Positions 38,742 to 48,033 of a stretch of DNA of 64,000 nt are shown piece after piece. The DNA comes from a virus: positions 1-64,000 of the IMG/VR virus record IMGVR_UViG_3300032893_000010. One strand, 5' to 3'. The translations under genes and the position numbers were made by a program. Every line of letters starts with the position of its first letter. Position 1 is the first letter of the stretch. The notes under the pieces are model-generated. The model did no database searches, was not told the origin of the DNA, and was given only the letters and a program-made list of their open reading frames with translations.

Positions 38742-39356
38742 ATGATTATATGCATTACATCCACTGGTAAAGTACAGAAGCAGTTGATATACGATCTGAT
38801 AGAAGATGCTTTCATGCCTTATGCAGGCAAGGAGCTGACATTGGATGATGAAGAAAGAGATCTGGTCTGCCAGATTCAGGCAGCGGAGGTTCCCGTCTAT
38901 GACCTGGCCCGCGCCTTGTCTCCTGTGATGCCTCTAGAACGCGCTGAGAGCCACGCAGAGGCACTCCCGGACCCTTCCGAGGGTGATCCTGTGCTTGAGG
39001 AGTCCGAAGCCGTAGAATTGATCTCAGAGTGTCTGCTCGGGGAGGACTTCATCAGGGCCGAGTGGATAAGATATTTTGATAAGCTTTCGCTGGCAGAACT
39101 TAAAGGAATAGAGGAAGAGTTGCATAACGCCATAAAAGTAAGAGAAACATTCACTGAATACAGGAATGGCACCAGGTTCGCAGAAAAAGGTCCAGACTAT
39201 ACGGATAAGGGAAGTGTCCCTGAGGGAATAGACAGGACGATAAAATATTACAAGTCTCCTGCGGGCAAGATGAGAAAAGCCGGTCCCAGATCTAAGCCGA
39301 GGCCGAAAGAAGAAGTTGTTTACCTGACTCCTGAAGAAGAATCAGCACTGGAATAA
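38742..39356 (+). CDS. Hypothetical early protein
   Basis: GGAGG RBS before ATG 38742; acidic N-half, basic C-tail. Confidence 0.6.
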   Translation: MIICITSTGKVQKQLIYDLIEDAFMPYAGKELTLDDEERDLVCQIQAAEVPVYDLARALSPVMPLERAESHAEALPDPSEGDPVLEESEAVELISECLLGEDFIRAEWIRYFDKLSLAELKGIEEELHNAIKVRETFTEYRNGTRFAEKGPDYTDKGSVPEGIDRTIKYYKSPAGKMRKAGPRSKPRPKEEVVYLTPEEESALE

Positions 39357-39463
39357 TGGATACTTATATTCATCCTGAGAAATGCAGGTGCAGATGCGAT
39401 CCCTGTAGGGCTAGAATTCATTGCAGCAACAGGAAAAACGGATGCCTGGTTCCCGGCTGCTGA
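39356..39463 (+). CDS. Cys/His microprotein copy 3 (35 aa)
   Basis: MDTYIHPEKCRCRCDPCRARIHCSNRKNGCLVPGC; TAATG coupling. Confidence 0.75.
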   Translation: MDTYIHPEKCRCRCDPCRARIHCSNRKNGCLVPGC

Positions 39464-39594
39464 TCACGGCAAAAATCGTATGCTACAGGGATCATTGTCA
39501 TTGCAATTGCGGTGCATGCTCACCTAAGACGGCATACCAGAACAGGGTACACTGCTGGAATCATAATTCTGATTGTCATAAAGGATGCTACTGA
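39442..39594 (+). CDS. Cys/His microprotein copy 4 (50 aa)
   Basis: MPGSRLLITAKIVCYRDHCHCNCGACSPKTAYQNRVHCWNHNSDCHKGCY; AGGA RBS. Confidence 0.7.
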   Translation: MPGSRLLITAKIVCYRDHCHCNCGACSPKTAYQNRVHCWNHNSDCHKGCY

Positions 39595-39807
39595 AAAATA
39601 AGAAGCACTGTAGCAGGATCAAGTCAACTGGACTACAGTGCTCCAAGAGGCAGGAGGGGGACCTCTTAACACAATGATATCACAAGGAGAATATAGTGAG
39701 CTGCATAGAGAACGAGATGGGTACGTGCATAAGATCTATCTTTCACCTGGGTAAATGCGAAGGGCAGGAATGCGTTCTGGAAGACTCATCGAATAGGGAG
39801 GAACTAG

Positions 39808-40254
39808 ATGAAGTACGGAGACTTGTCAAATAAGACTGCTCCGAGGGTTTACGTGGTATTCGAAGGACTGGTAGCTTCAGTACCGGACGATAATCTTCAG
39901 GAGTATTCTGACATGATCACGGCCAGGAAAGTTGACTGGTTCAAGGCTATCAAATGCTACCAGTTGAATGACATGGTTTGCGCTAAGTTAATCTGGCTTA
40001 GCTTTCATAGAGATGTTAATTTCACTGTGGTATCGTGGCTCCCTAAGGAAGCATCTTACGGTATCGATGTCTTCTTGCAGAAGAACGGCATACCTGCGGG
40101 GCTTATCATGTCAACACCCTATGAGATATCAATGGAACTTGTGAGAAGACCTGATGTAGTGGCGATATTAGATCCTGATCCATGGCATGTCCTTACTTTC
40201 GGGTCGAAGGCTAAGACTGCTTTTAACGCTGAAGACATAGGAGGAATATTTTGA
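39808..40254 (+). CDS. Hypothetical protein, HAD-like fold possible
   Basis: VYVVFEGLV resembles a degenerate HAD motif I; GGAGG RBS. Confidence 0.5.
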   Translation: MKYGDLSNKTAPRVYVVFEGLVASVPDDNLQEYSDMITARKVDWFKAIKCYQLNDMVCAKLIWLSFHRDVNFTVVSWLPKEASYGIDVFLQKNGIPAGLIMSTPYEISMELVRRPDVVAILDPDPWHVLTFGSKAKTAFNAEDIGGIF

Positions 40255-40481
40255 TCTACCTGAAGCCCTCATATTCCATATTGCAAATAGACATGTATCC
40301 AGGATGCTGTGATGAAGATTGCGATGAACAGCATGATCAGGAGGATGATGTCGCCAGCGGTTTCTGGTTAACGTGTTATCTGCACGGAGAGATTGAATGG
40401 TTCGATGTTGAATCAGATATTCCGTGGGAAGAACTAGAAGAATCTGCTGACGAGCACATGCTATCGTTTCTTTATTCTTAG
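40251..40481 (+). CDS. Small acidic hypothetical protein
   Basis: AGGAGG RBS, TTG start; CxxH motif. Confidence 0.5.
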   Translation: MIYLKPSYSILQIDMYPGCCDEDCDEQHDQEDDVASGFWLTCYLHGEIEWFDVESDIPWEELEESADEHMLSFLYS

Positions 40482-40489
40482 GAGGAACT

Positions 40490-40684
40490 ATGAACTGGCT
40501 AGCTATCAATGACATAAATCATTTCGAGTTGACTACTGATGAACTAGGAGCTTTATATACTCATTGCCCAGATCACGGTGTATTCCGTGTAATAACAGGA
40601 GGAAGACCTATTAAGCTGAGAGAAATATTCAAGGCTATTGCTGAGCATACTGATGAAAGGCATAAGGATGGGCAGGGAATCTAA
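40490..40684 (+). CDS. Small hypothetical protein
   Basis: AGGAGG RBS; CPDHG motif. Confidence 0.5.
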   Translation: MNWLAINDINHFELTTDELGALYTHCPDHGVFRVITGGRPIKLREIFKAIAEHTDERHKDGQGI

Positions 40685-41273
40685 GCTTCGTAATCCAAGG
40701 CCGGAATCAAGAACTGAGTATTCTAACGGGGACAGGAAACTGTATGACAGGGACAAGATGCCAGATGGGTTAGATTCTGACATCTGGTCCCTTACCCTGC
40801 TGTTCGAGCAGCTAGCGGAGAAAGATGGCTATTCGGTTCCTGCCAGGCCGATTGTCTACACTGAGCTTTACAACCGCGTCTCAAAGGACCCTGATCTATC
40901 CCAGTTACTACGCTCTGATGACGCTCAATATACGCGCACGCGCGTTACCACCGTATATGATGGTACGCCGTATCTCCTGGTGGAGAAGATGATACATCTG
41001 TACTGGGATATGAGTAATGGTTTTGATTACTACCATAGTATAAATAACTTCTGTAGTATAGAAGTTTTCAACTACCTTAAAGACTATGTAACAGAGACTA
41101 TGAAAAGAGAGAAACTTCATAACACAGGCAGGAGGGAGGAAATAAGGCTGGGCAGTATCAAACCATCTCACAGGACTGAAGAGGAAAGAATCCTGTACCA
41201 TCTCATGAACGACCCCAGGACAGAAGAAGAGTCGAGGAAGAAAATTGAATACTGGCAGAGAGATCATACATAG
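40668..41273 (+). CDS. Hypothetical protein upstream of helicase
   Basis: ORF 40638..41273; the internal ATG (MGRESK) is the likelier start. Confidence 0.5.
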   Translation: MGRESKLRNPRPESRTEYSNGDRKLYDRDKMPDGLDSDIWSLTLLFEQLAEKDGYSVPARPIVYTELYNRVSKDPDLSQLLRSDDAQYTRTRVTTVYDGTPYLLVEKMIHLYWDMSNGFDYYHSINNFCSIEVFNYLKDYVTETMKREKLHNTGRREEIRLGSIKPSHRTEEERILYHLMNDPRTEEESRKKIEYWQRDHT

Positions 41274-42486
41274 CATACTCAGCGGTGGTGACATCAGGGT
41301 AGTATTAGACGCGGGACTTAACAGATCCTGGCTGGAGGGAGAGAATACTGGTTCCAGCGTAATATTCTCAGGGATAGATAAGCAGGCTTACAAATGGCTG
41401 CTGAATCATTATGCAAGACATAGGAACATACCAGCTCTGGGAACATTCAGGCAGCATTTCCCTGAGGAATCTTATAAATTCTCTGGTACTGTGATACCTG
41501 TAGGGGAACTTACAGAGCTGGCAGAGGAAAAGGTAGCATCTTTCCTTGTAGCGGATGTGATCGGCAGGGCAATAGATCTTCATGATAAAGGAAACATGAG
41601 AGAAGCTGCTTCCCTGCTGGGAATAGAAAGAAACATAAAGTACAGGAAGACAAGAGCTGACGACCTCGGCTCAGCTTCTTTTGACATAGAGGCTTTTCTC
41701 AGTAAAGAACTTGAGATGGGAATACCTCTGGGCATACCTGACATAGATGAGGAGTTCTATGGTTTCCAGCCTGGGATGCTGATAACTTTACTGGGAAGGC
41801 AGAAATCAGGAAAATCCTGGACTACTATCAACTCAGCCTTGCATGCCTGGGCTCAGGGGTATACGGTACTTGTATTCTCGGTTGAGATGGATACTACTAT
41901 GTTTCACCAGAGAGTGATGTGCCTGGGGGCTAAGGTTTCTCCTTCCCGGATGAGAAGAGGAAGACTATCCGCAGAGGAGAAGGAAAGAGTCAGGATATTT
42001 CATTCAGATCTTGTTCAGGAAGAGGGAACTTTCCTTATCTCTAAAAGAAAAACTGGTATCACTGTCGATGAGATAAAAGAGGAGGTTGCTCTTTATAATC
42101 CTAACATCGTGTATATTGACGGGTTTTCTTTCATGAGGGACACTGTGTCGGGAAGGACTACTTCTGACTGGCAGGCTAATGAGAACGTTGCTTATGCCCT
42201 GAAGGAATTCGCCATGGAAGAAGAGATAGTAGTATTCGTTAATACCCAGGTCCAGGAAAAGCAGTACAGTTCCAAGCACGGCATCGAGGCTAAGACTATT
42301 GCTTCCGGCACTGGTCTTCTCAAGGCTTCTGATCTTGTCCTGGGCCAGGATAAAGACGGAAACGACATGACTATAAGCACGGTGTATTCTAGATATGAAT
42401 GGCCGGAGACTGTTGTCGTTGATGTTGACTGGGACACCATGAATATGGTAACTGTCAAAGCTAAACTAGAAGAGGAAGGTATATGA
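41245..42486 (+). CDS. dnaB: DnaB-like replicative helicase
   Basis: GFQPG.LITLLGRQKSGKS (Walker A), FSVEM, IVYIDG (Walker B), ASDLVL. Confidence 0.85.
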   Translation: MNTGREIIHSILSGGDIRVVLDAGLNRSWLEGENTGSSVIFSGIDKQAYKWLLNHYARHRNIPALGTFRQHFPEESYKFSGTVIPVGELTELAEEKVASFLVADVIGRAIDLHDKGNMREAASLLGIERNIKYRKTRADDLGSASFDIEAFLSKELEMGIPLGIPDIDEEFYGFQPGMLITLLGRQKSGKSWTTINSALHAWAQGYTVLVFSVEMDTTMFHQRVMCLGAKVSPSRMRRGRLSAEEKERVRIFHSDLVQEEGTFLISKRKTGITVDEIKEEVALYNPNIVYIDGFSFMRDTVSGRTTSDWQANENVAYALKEFAMEEEIVVFVNTQVQEKQYSSKHGIEAKTIASGTGLLKASDLVLGQDKDGNDMTISTVYSRYEWPETVVVDVDWDTMNMVTVKAKLEEEGI

Positions 42487-42585
42487 TGTTCAGGTTCGTG
42501 AAGAAGATAATAGCAATGGAGATAGCTGAGTTAATCTGCATGACCCAGCAGTATACTCAGGCGATGAGCGAAGAGGATAAGAAAG

Positions 42586-43551
42586 ATGTCAAGTTCGGGT
42601 TCGCGCTACCAGACAGGAGCATCATCGATTGAGTCACTGCTCGGAGAACTGGGAATAAAATATGACATCTCAGGTGACGAAGCTTATTCCAGTTGCCCTT
42701 TTCATTATCCTGACAGGCATGCTAGCTGGTATGTTAACATCAGATCCGGTTTGCATCATTGTTTCAGTTGTGGCGCTAAGGGTAATCTCGCTCATCTTGT
42801 TTCCTTCGTCAAGAATATCTCGTATCCTGAAGCGGTAATATACGTTAACGAGATAATAGGATGGGCAAGGGCAGATAGGTGGAGGGAGGATTATGAGAGC
42901 AGTAGTTATGCACCGCCTGCATACAGGATATCTGAGACGGATCTGGCAATGTTTGACTCCCCGCCTGTGGATTACATGGAACAAAGAGATCTCAGAGAAG
43001 AATACGTAAAGCTGTTTGGCGTTAAATGGAACACGGAAAATAAATCGTGGATACTTCCTATAAGAGACCCGTATACTTTCGATCTATGGGGATGGCAGGA
43101 GAAATTGGCTGATGGACGAGGATTCAGTAATAATCCAAGAGGTATTAAAAAATCCAAGACGTTGTTTGGCATTGACGTTGCTACAGATGGCGGCACCATT
43201 ATCCTGGTCGAGTCGCCACTTGACGCAGTGCGTGTGTCTTCTTTCGGAAGAGGAACTGGATTGGCTTGCTCGGGCCTACAGGTCAGCGATATCCAGCTCT
43301 CCTTTGTATTCGAACGCTCAGAACGAGTTGTACTGGCGCTTGATAACGATACTCCAGGAATACGAGATACAGCTAGAATATGCTCAGAGTATAAAGGACG
43401 CCCTCTGTGGATATACGACTATGGAATGAGCAAAGCTAAAGATCCTGGAGAGCAGACAGATGAGGAAATAATATGGAGCTTGGATAATATGAGATCAGGA
43501 TTGAGATGTCTAGCAGAACATGAAAAGAAACTTAAAAATCTACAGAGATAA
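42586..43551 (+). CDS. dnaG: DNA primase (CHC2 Zn finger + TOPRIM)
   Basis: CPFH...HCFSCG; LVESPLD; LALDND..G; KDPGE. Confidence 0.88.
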   Translation: MSSSGSRYQTGASSIESLLGELGIKYDISGDEAYSSCPFHYPDRHASWYVNIRSGLHHCFSCGAKGNLAHLVSFVKNISYPEAVIYVNEIIGWARADRWREDYESSSYAPPAYRISETDLAMFDSPPVDYMEQRDLREEYVKLFGVKWNTENKSWILPIRDPYTFDLWGWQEKLADGRGFSNNPRGIKKSKTLFGIDVATDGGTIILVESPLDAVRVSSFGRGTGLACSGLQVSDIQLSFVFERSERVVLALDNDTPGIRDTARICSEYKGRPLWIYDYGMSKAKDPGEQTDEEIIWSLDNMRSGLRCLAEHEKKLKNLQR

Positions 43552-43690
43552 CAATGACTGGTGGGTAGGATGGTACAGAGGGCCGAATCATCACTATGTT
43601 ATATTGATACCCACGATAGTAATAAGATGGGAGAAGACCTTATCTAATGATAAGGTCTTGGCTCAAAGAAATGCGTTGGTGAAAAAATGA
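43520..43690 (+). CDS. 56-aa hypothetical protein
   Basis: MKRNLKIYRDNNDWWVGWYRG...; fills the gap between primase and MTase. Confidence 0.45.
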   Translation: MKRNLKIYRDNNDWWVGWYRGPNHHYVILIPTIVIRWEKTLSNDKVLAQRNALVKK

Positions 43691-43701
43691 GGAATAATTA
43701 A

Positions 43702-44409
43702 TTGCGCTACGTGGGAGGAAAGAGCAAGTTAGCTAAGAGAATTGCATCAGATATCCTAGCTCGCACTGACAAAAGAGATGTACTGATAGAGCCTTTCGTC
43801 GGCGGCGGGGCTGTCCTGGCAGAACTAGCACCAGCTTTCGATTGCGTATATGCTTCTGATATTCATGAGGATCTTATGCTCATGTGGAATAAGTTCTGGC
43901 ACTATAACTGGGAACCTGATAACTACTGCTCAGAACAGGAGTACCAGAGACTGAGATATGAGAAGCCGTCAGCCTTGAGAAGGCTGGTAGGATTCGGGCA
44001 GTCTTTCGGAGGTAAATGGTGGGGAGGTTATGCCAGGGGAAAGAAACCCAACGGTGAAGAAAGAAATTACCTTGACGAAACCATAAGAAATATAAAGAAT
44101 ATAATCAGCAAGCTCCCTGAGAATTCTCACTTTACTATCTCCTCATACAAAGACTGGAACCCGGTAGCAGGAGACGTTATCTACTGTGATCCTCCTTACG
44201 CCAGTACTCAAGGATATGGAGGCACTGATAGTTTCGATTCTCAAGAGTTCTGGAAAGTCATGGACGAGTGGAAGCAATTAGGTGCTGATGTATTCGTATC
44301 AGAATATAATGCTCCTGACAGCTGGAAAGAGATAGCATCTTATCCTCATAGGATGGAACTGTCTCTGATACAGGATAGGAGACAGACAACAGAAAGATTG
44401 TGGCATTAG
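43702..44409 (+). CDS. DNA adenine methyltransferase (Dam/D12 class)
   Basis: RYVGGK, EPFVGGG, VIYCDPPY. Confidence 0.88.
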   Translation: MRYVGGKSKLAKRIASDILARTDKRDVLIEPFVGGGAVLAELAPAFDCVYASDIHEDLMLMWNKFWHYNWEPDNYCSEQEYQRLRYEKPSALRRLVGFGQSFGGKWWGGYARGKKPNGEERNYLDETIRNIKNIISKLPENSHFTISSYKDWNPVAGDVIYCDPPYASTQGYGGTDSFDSQEFWKVMDEWKQLGADVFVSEYNAPDSWKEIASYPHRMELSLIQDRRQTTERLWH

Positions 44410-47093
44410 TGTTTAACGGTAAGCTGCATCCATATCAGGAGGAAGTAGTAAAGAGATTCCTGGAACGCAAGAGCTTATTACTAGCCTATGGTTGCGGGAC
44501 AGGAAAGGCCCAGAGTATCAGTGAGCCTGTCCTAACTCCGAATGGATGGAAAGAAATAGGAAAACTTCAAGTTGGAGACTATGTAATAGGGAAGGGCGGT
44601 AAACCGACTGAGGTAACGGGGGTCTTCCCGCAGACGGATAGATCAATCTATAAAATAACTATGAATGACGGGTCATATACTTTTGCTACGAAAGATCACC
44701 TGTGGTCCGTACGGCGTAGAGCTAAAGACAACTGGCATGTGAAGACCACCCAGGAATTGCTAGACTCAGGTTTGAGCATTCAAAGAAAAAGTCATGATGT
44801 CAGGACTAACGGACGAGCTTCTGACGCTCCGGGTTGTAAATATCAGATACCAGTGGTAGATGCTGTAGCATTCGGGTATAGCAAGCTTCCAGTTGACCCG
44901 TATTTGCTGGGAGCTATTTTGGGAGACGGGTGCGTCACAGCATCTAATCCTACTATTACTTTTTCTACGGCTGACTCTGAAATGATAAGTAATATGGAAG
45001 TTCTGCTTCCTGATGGAGTTTCTATCAAGAAAGGTGACGGATACAATTACAGGTTAGTCTCTACAAGAGGAAAGCCTAATCTACTGCTTGATGCTGTAAG
45101 AAGTTTAGGAATTTACGGTACAGATTCAAGCACAAAGTTCATTCCAGAAAACTACTTAATGGCTTGCACACCTGACAGGATTGCTCTGTTGCAAGGTTTA
45201 ATGGATACTGACGGTACTGTAGACAAAAGACAACCTTCATCAATATCTTTTTGTACGGTAAGTGAGGCTCTTAAAGACGGGGTAGTCGAGTTAGTTCAGT
45301 CTTTGGGTGGTACAGCCAGGGTTACTTCTAAAATTCCTGTCCTTAAATATAAAGGCGAGTATAAAAAAGGAAAGCTGGCATATATGGTGAGCATACGACT
45401 TCCTAGCGCAGTTCAGCCGTTTAGGTTAACTAGGAAAGAAGCTCCGTATACGCCAGTAAATAACCTAACTCGTTACATAAAAACCATAGAATATAGCCAC
45501 GAAGAAGATTCTGTTTGCATATCAGTAGCAGCAGAAGACAACCTATACGTAACCAGGAACTATATTGTCACGCACAACACAGTAATGTCTATTGCCATTG
45601 CAGAGGAACTTCTAGCATCTGGTGAAGTAGATCAGGTGCTAGTTCTCTGTCCTGCTTCACTCAAATATCAGTGGCGCGATAAGATAAAACAGTTCACGGA
45701 CAGTTCAGTTATGGTAGTAGACGGTCCTAAGCGCATAAGGACAGGACAGTACGCATCTCAACGGGGAGAAATACCAGCTTGTGAGTATCTGATAGGCTCA
45801 TACGACGGTGTTATCTATGATCACGAGGACATGTCAGCAGTGAATCCAGGCATGGTCATAGCTGATGAAGTGTCAGCTATCAAGTCTTTCAAGGCTCAGG
45901 GATCCAAGAGAGTAAAGAAACTGTTCGGTAAGACACCTTACCGTCTTGGCCTTACAGCTACTCCTATAGAGAACAAGCCAGAAGAATTATATTCCATCAT
46001 GCAATGGATAGACCCCACAGTATTAGGAAGGTACGATTTATTTGAGCGAGCATACATCACGAGAAATTCAAAAGGATGGGTCGTGGAGTATAAAAACCTT
46101 GACGTTCTACGGGAGCGGATGGGAGATGCACTTAGCAGGAAAACAAGACATGATCCTGAGGTACGACCATACCTTCCAGACGTTGATGAAGCTACCTGGG
46201 AAGTTCACATTGATTCTATTCCGTTGGGGAAAGCGTATGAGAAGATATGCCAGGATATGCTGTCACATATTGAAGAGAATGCATATAAATATGACAGTGA
46301 CATAAACCTGATGAACATGGTTCCTGGTTTCGATGATTCAACACCAGATGGTGAGCTTATGTCCATGCACATGTGCGCTGAGATGCTGCTTAATCATCCT
46401 GAACTTGTCATATGGTCAGCTAATATGTACGAGGGCGATTCTCCTGAAGGCTCTGCCTATGCTAAGCACCTGAAAGATTCAGGTCTCCTGTACAGCATTC
46501 ATAACAGTCCTAAGATGGATCTGCTACTGGAAGAGCTGGATCTGCTACTGGCCGATCCTGATAGTAAGGTGATAATAGTCTCCAGGTATAAGTACATGCT
46601 TGACATTATCAGCATGCATCTCAAGGGAGAGTATAAGCACGTGAAATTCACGGGAGACATGACAGCGACACAGAAGAACATAGCAGTTGGCTTGTTCAGC
46701 CAGCCTGAGTACAGGATTTTCCTGACATCACATGCAGGCGGCTACGGTCTTGACTTGTACATGGCTGACTACCTGATTAACTATGACATTCCATGGTCGG
46801 CGGGAACTAAAGACCAGATTAACTCAAGACATGTAAGAGCATCGTCAGGCTTCGATAAGGTGTATGTACGTAATCTGGTAACTAAAGATACTGTGGAGGA
46901 GAGGAAGTACAGGGTGCTGGAAAGAAAAGGACAGATAATATCATCTGTGATGGATGGTGCTGATATAACGACAGTCGATGTCGGATCGGATTATCTCAGG
47001 ACGCACCTGGAGAAAGTTCTAGGAAAACCCTTGACAGACCGGGCCGCCCGTGCTAAACTGGGTAGCAGTCAATTTACTGAGGAGGCGTCATGA
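44400..47093 (+). CDS. SNF2/DEAD-like helicase, intein-containing
   Basis: LHPYQ, GTGK/T (split by intein), IADE, LTATPIEN, GYGLDL, QINSR..R. Confidence 0.9.
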   Translation: MALVFNGKLHPYQEEVVKRFLERKSLLLAYGCGTGKAQSISEPVLTPNGWKEIGKLQVGDYVIGKGGKPTEVTGVFPQTDRSIYKITMNDGSYTFATKDHLWSVRRRAKDNWHVKTTQELLDSGLSIQRKSHDVRTNGRASDAPGCKYQIPVVDAVAFGYSKLPVDPYLLGAILGDGCVTASNPTITFSTADSEMISNMEVLLPDGVSIKKGDGYNYRLVSTRGKPNLLLDAVRSLGIYGTDSSTKFIPENYLMACTPDRIALLQGLMDTDGTVDKRQPSSISFCTVSEALKDGVVELVQSLGGTARVTSKIPVLKYKGEYKKGKLAYMVSIRLPSAVQPFRLTRKEAPYTPVNNLTRYIKTIEYSHEEDSVCISVAAEDNLYVTRNYIVTHNTVMSIAIAEELLASGEVDQVLVLCPASLKYQWRDKIKQFTDSSVMVVDGPKRIRTGQYASQRGEIPACEYLIGSYDGVIYDHEDMSAVNPGMVIADEVSAIKSFKAQGSKRVKKLFGKTPYRLGLTATPIENKPEELYSIMQWIDPTVLGRYDLFERAYITRNSKGWVVEYKNLDVLRERMGDALSRKTRHDPEVRPYLPDVDEATWEVHIDSIPLGKAYEKICQDMLSHIEENAYKYDSDINLMNMVPGFDDSTPDGELMSMHMCAEMLLNHPELVIWSANMYEGDSPEGSAYAKHLKDSGLLYSIHNSPKMDLLLEELDLLLADPDSKVIIVSRYKYMLDIISMHLKGEYKHVKFTGDMTATQKNIAVGLFSQPEYRIFLTSHAGGYGLDLYMADYLINYDIPWSAGTKDQINSRHVRASSGFDKVYVRNLVTKDTVEERKYRVLERKGQIISSVMDGADITTVDVGSDYLRTHLEKVLGKPLTDRAARAKLGSSQFTEEAS
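44508..45578 (+). mobile_element. Class-3-type (Ala1) intein with LAGLIDADG endonuclease, 357 aa
   Basis: Starts AQSISEPVLTPNGW; DHLW (block B Trp); SVCISV (block F Cys); IVTHN/T end; LLGAILGDG and LLQGLMDTDG motifs; inserted in Walker A. Confidence 0.9.
47031..47059 (+). promoter_or_regulatory. Sigma70/HrdB-type early promoter inside the helicase 3' end
   Basis: TTGACA, 17-nt spacer ending TG-C, TAAACT; GAGGAGG RBS follows. Confidence 0.75.
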
Positions 47094-47224
47094 AAACCAC
47101 GGTCCCGGCGAAGTGCCCCAAGTGCAAGAGCACTCACATTTATGAGGTAGCAAAAGATGAAAATACCTATACTGTAGTGTGGGCTTGCTATGACTGCGGT
47201 CATATATGGAGGATAAGCACATGA
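47090..47224 (+). CDS. Zinc-ribbon microprotein (44 aa)
   Basis: MKTTVPAKCPKCKSTHIYEVAKDENTYTVVWACYDCGHIWRIST; GGAGG RBS. Confidence 0.7.
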   Translation: MKTTVPAKCPKCKSTHIYEVAKDENTYTVVWACYDCGHIWRIST

Positions 47225-47370
47225 TGCCGGTAATGAGATGTCCTAGGTGCAACGAGTGGTGCAGTACAGCCAATCAGTTCCTTTTCAGGACAAGAGAAGA
47301 CGAGAAGAATGACAGGCCGGGCGTCATGTACAATGACTGCAAGTATTGCGGGCATCAATGGCCAGCATAG
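47221..47370 (+). CDS. TFIIS-like zinc-ribbon microprotein (49 aa)
   Basis: MMPVMRCPRCNEWCSTANQFLFRTREDEKNDRPGVMYNDCKYCGHQWPA; GGAGG RBS and ATGA overlap. Confidence 0.65.
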   Translation: MMPVMRCPRCNEWCSTANQFLFRTREDEKNDRPGVMYNDCKYCGHQWPA

Positions 47371-47786
47371 AAGAACATGAGAGATGGGCTTTATCCTATC
47401 TTCTCGTGACTCATGACGAGAATCATATCAAGGAGAAGAGATCTGAGCTTAGGAGTAATCTTCATGACCACATCCTGGAGCACGGAGAAGAAGACGAAGA
47501 CGGCAATCTTATAGTCTATTTCGATGAGCCTAAGACTGTGGATGGGGAGACCTGGTTCAAGGGCCTGATGCTCCAGCGCAGGGTTTCAGAGTATGTGGAT
47601 GAGGATAAGGTCTGGGAGCTGGTGAGGAAACACGATCTCGGGGATATGTGCCTGAAAACTGTTGAGGTTCTGGACCTGGACATGTTCTATGCTGCCAACC
47701 AGCAAGGCTTGATCTCAGATGAAGAACTGGATTCTGTATTGACACAGGAGAAATCGTGGGCGCTCGTGAAGATAAAGGCTCTGTAG
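47358..47786 (+). CDS. Hypothetical protein
   Basis: Coiled coil then GE.D..GN and QRRVS..D motifs; ATG 47358. Confidence 0.55.
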   Translation: MASIEEHERWALSYLLVTHDENHIKEKRSELRSNLHDHILEHGEEDEDGNLIVYFDEPKTVDGETWFKGLMLQRRVSEYVDEDKVWELVRKHDLGDMCLKTVEVLDLDMFYAANQQGLISDEELDSVLTQEKSWALVKIKAL

Positions 47787-47902
47787 CGCATGAGCTGAAG
47801 ATGTGCTCCTGTGATTGCAAGGAATGTGACGCAGGCAAGGCGATAAATAACAAGTGGTATCACTGCCTTAAGCATGAGAACGGATGTCATCGGATATGCT
47901 AG
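47756..47902 (+). CDS. Cys/His microprotein copy 5 (48 aa)
   Basis: AGGAG RBS + GTG; ...KMCSCDCKECDAGKAINNKWYHCLKHENGCHRIC. Confidence 0.7.
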   Translation: MGAREDKGSVAHELKMCSCDCKECDAGKAINNKWYHCLKHENGCHRIC

Positions 47903-48033
47903 GGTGGGGAAGCAAGAAGCCTGAGCACGAAAATTATGACATAAGCCTTTGCCGGTGCTTGTGCAGGAGGTGCGATTCAGTAGTGGCTTTTGATCATTGC
48001 CAGAACACGCGAAAAGGATGTCATATGGGATGA
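47884..48033 (+). CDS. Cys/His microprotein copy 6 (49 aa; alternative start 47896)
   Basis: ...ISLCRCLCRRCDSVVAFDHCQNTRKGCHMG. Confidence 0.7.
   Translation: MSSDMLGWGSKKPEHENYDISLCRCLCRRCDSVVAFDHCQNTRKGCHMG

Noticed and set aside
42615-42632. Third ATT start (primase, AGGAG-8nt-ATT)
   Set aside because: A canonical ATG with GAGGA RBS exists at 42586, so the evidence is ambiguous.
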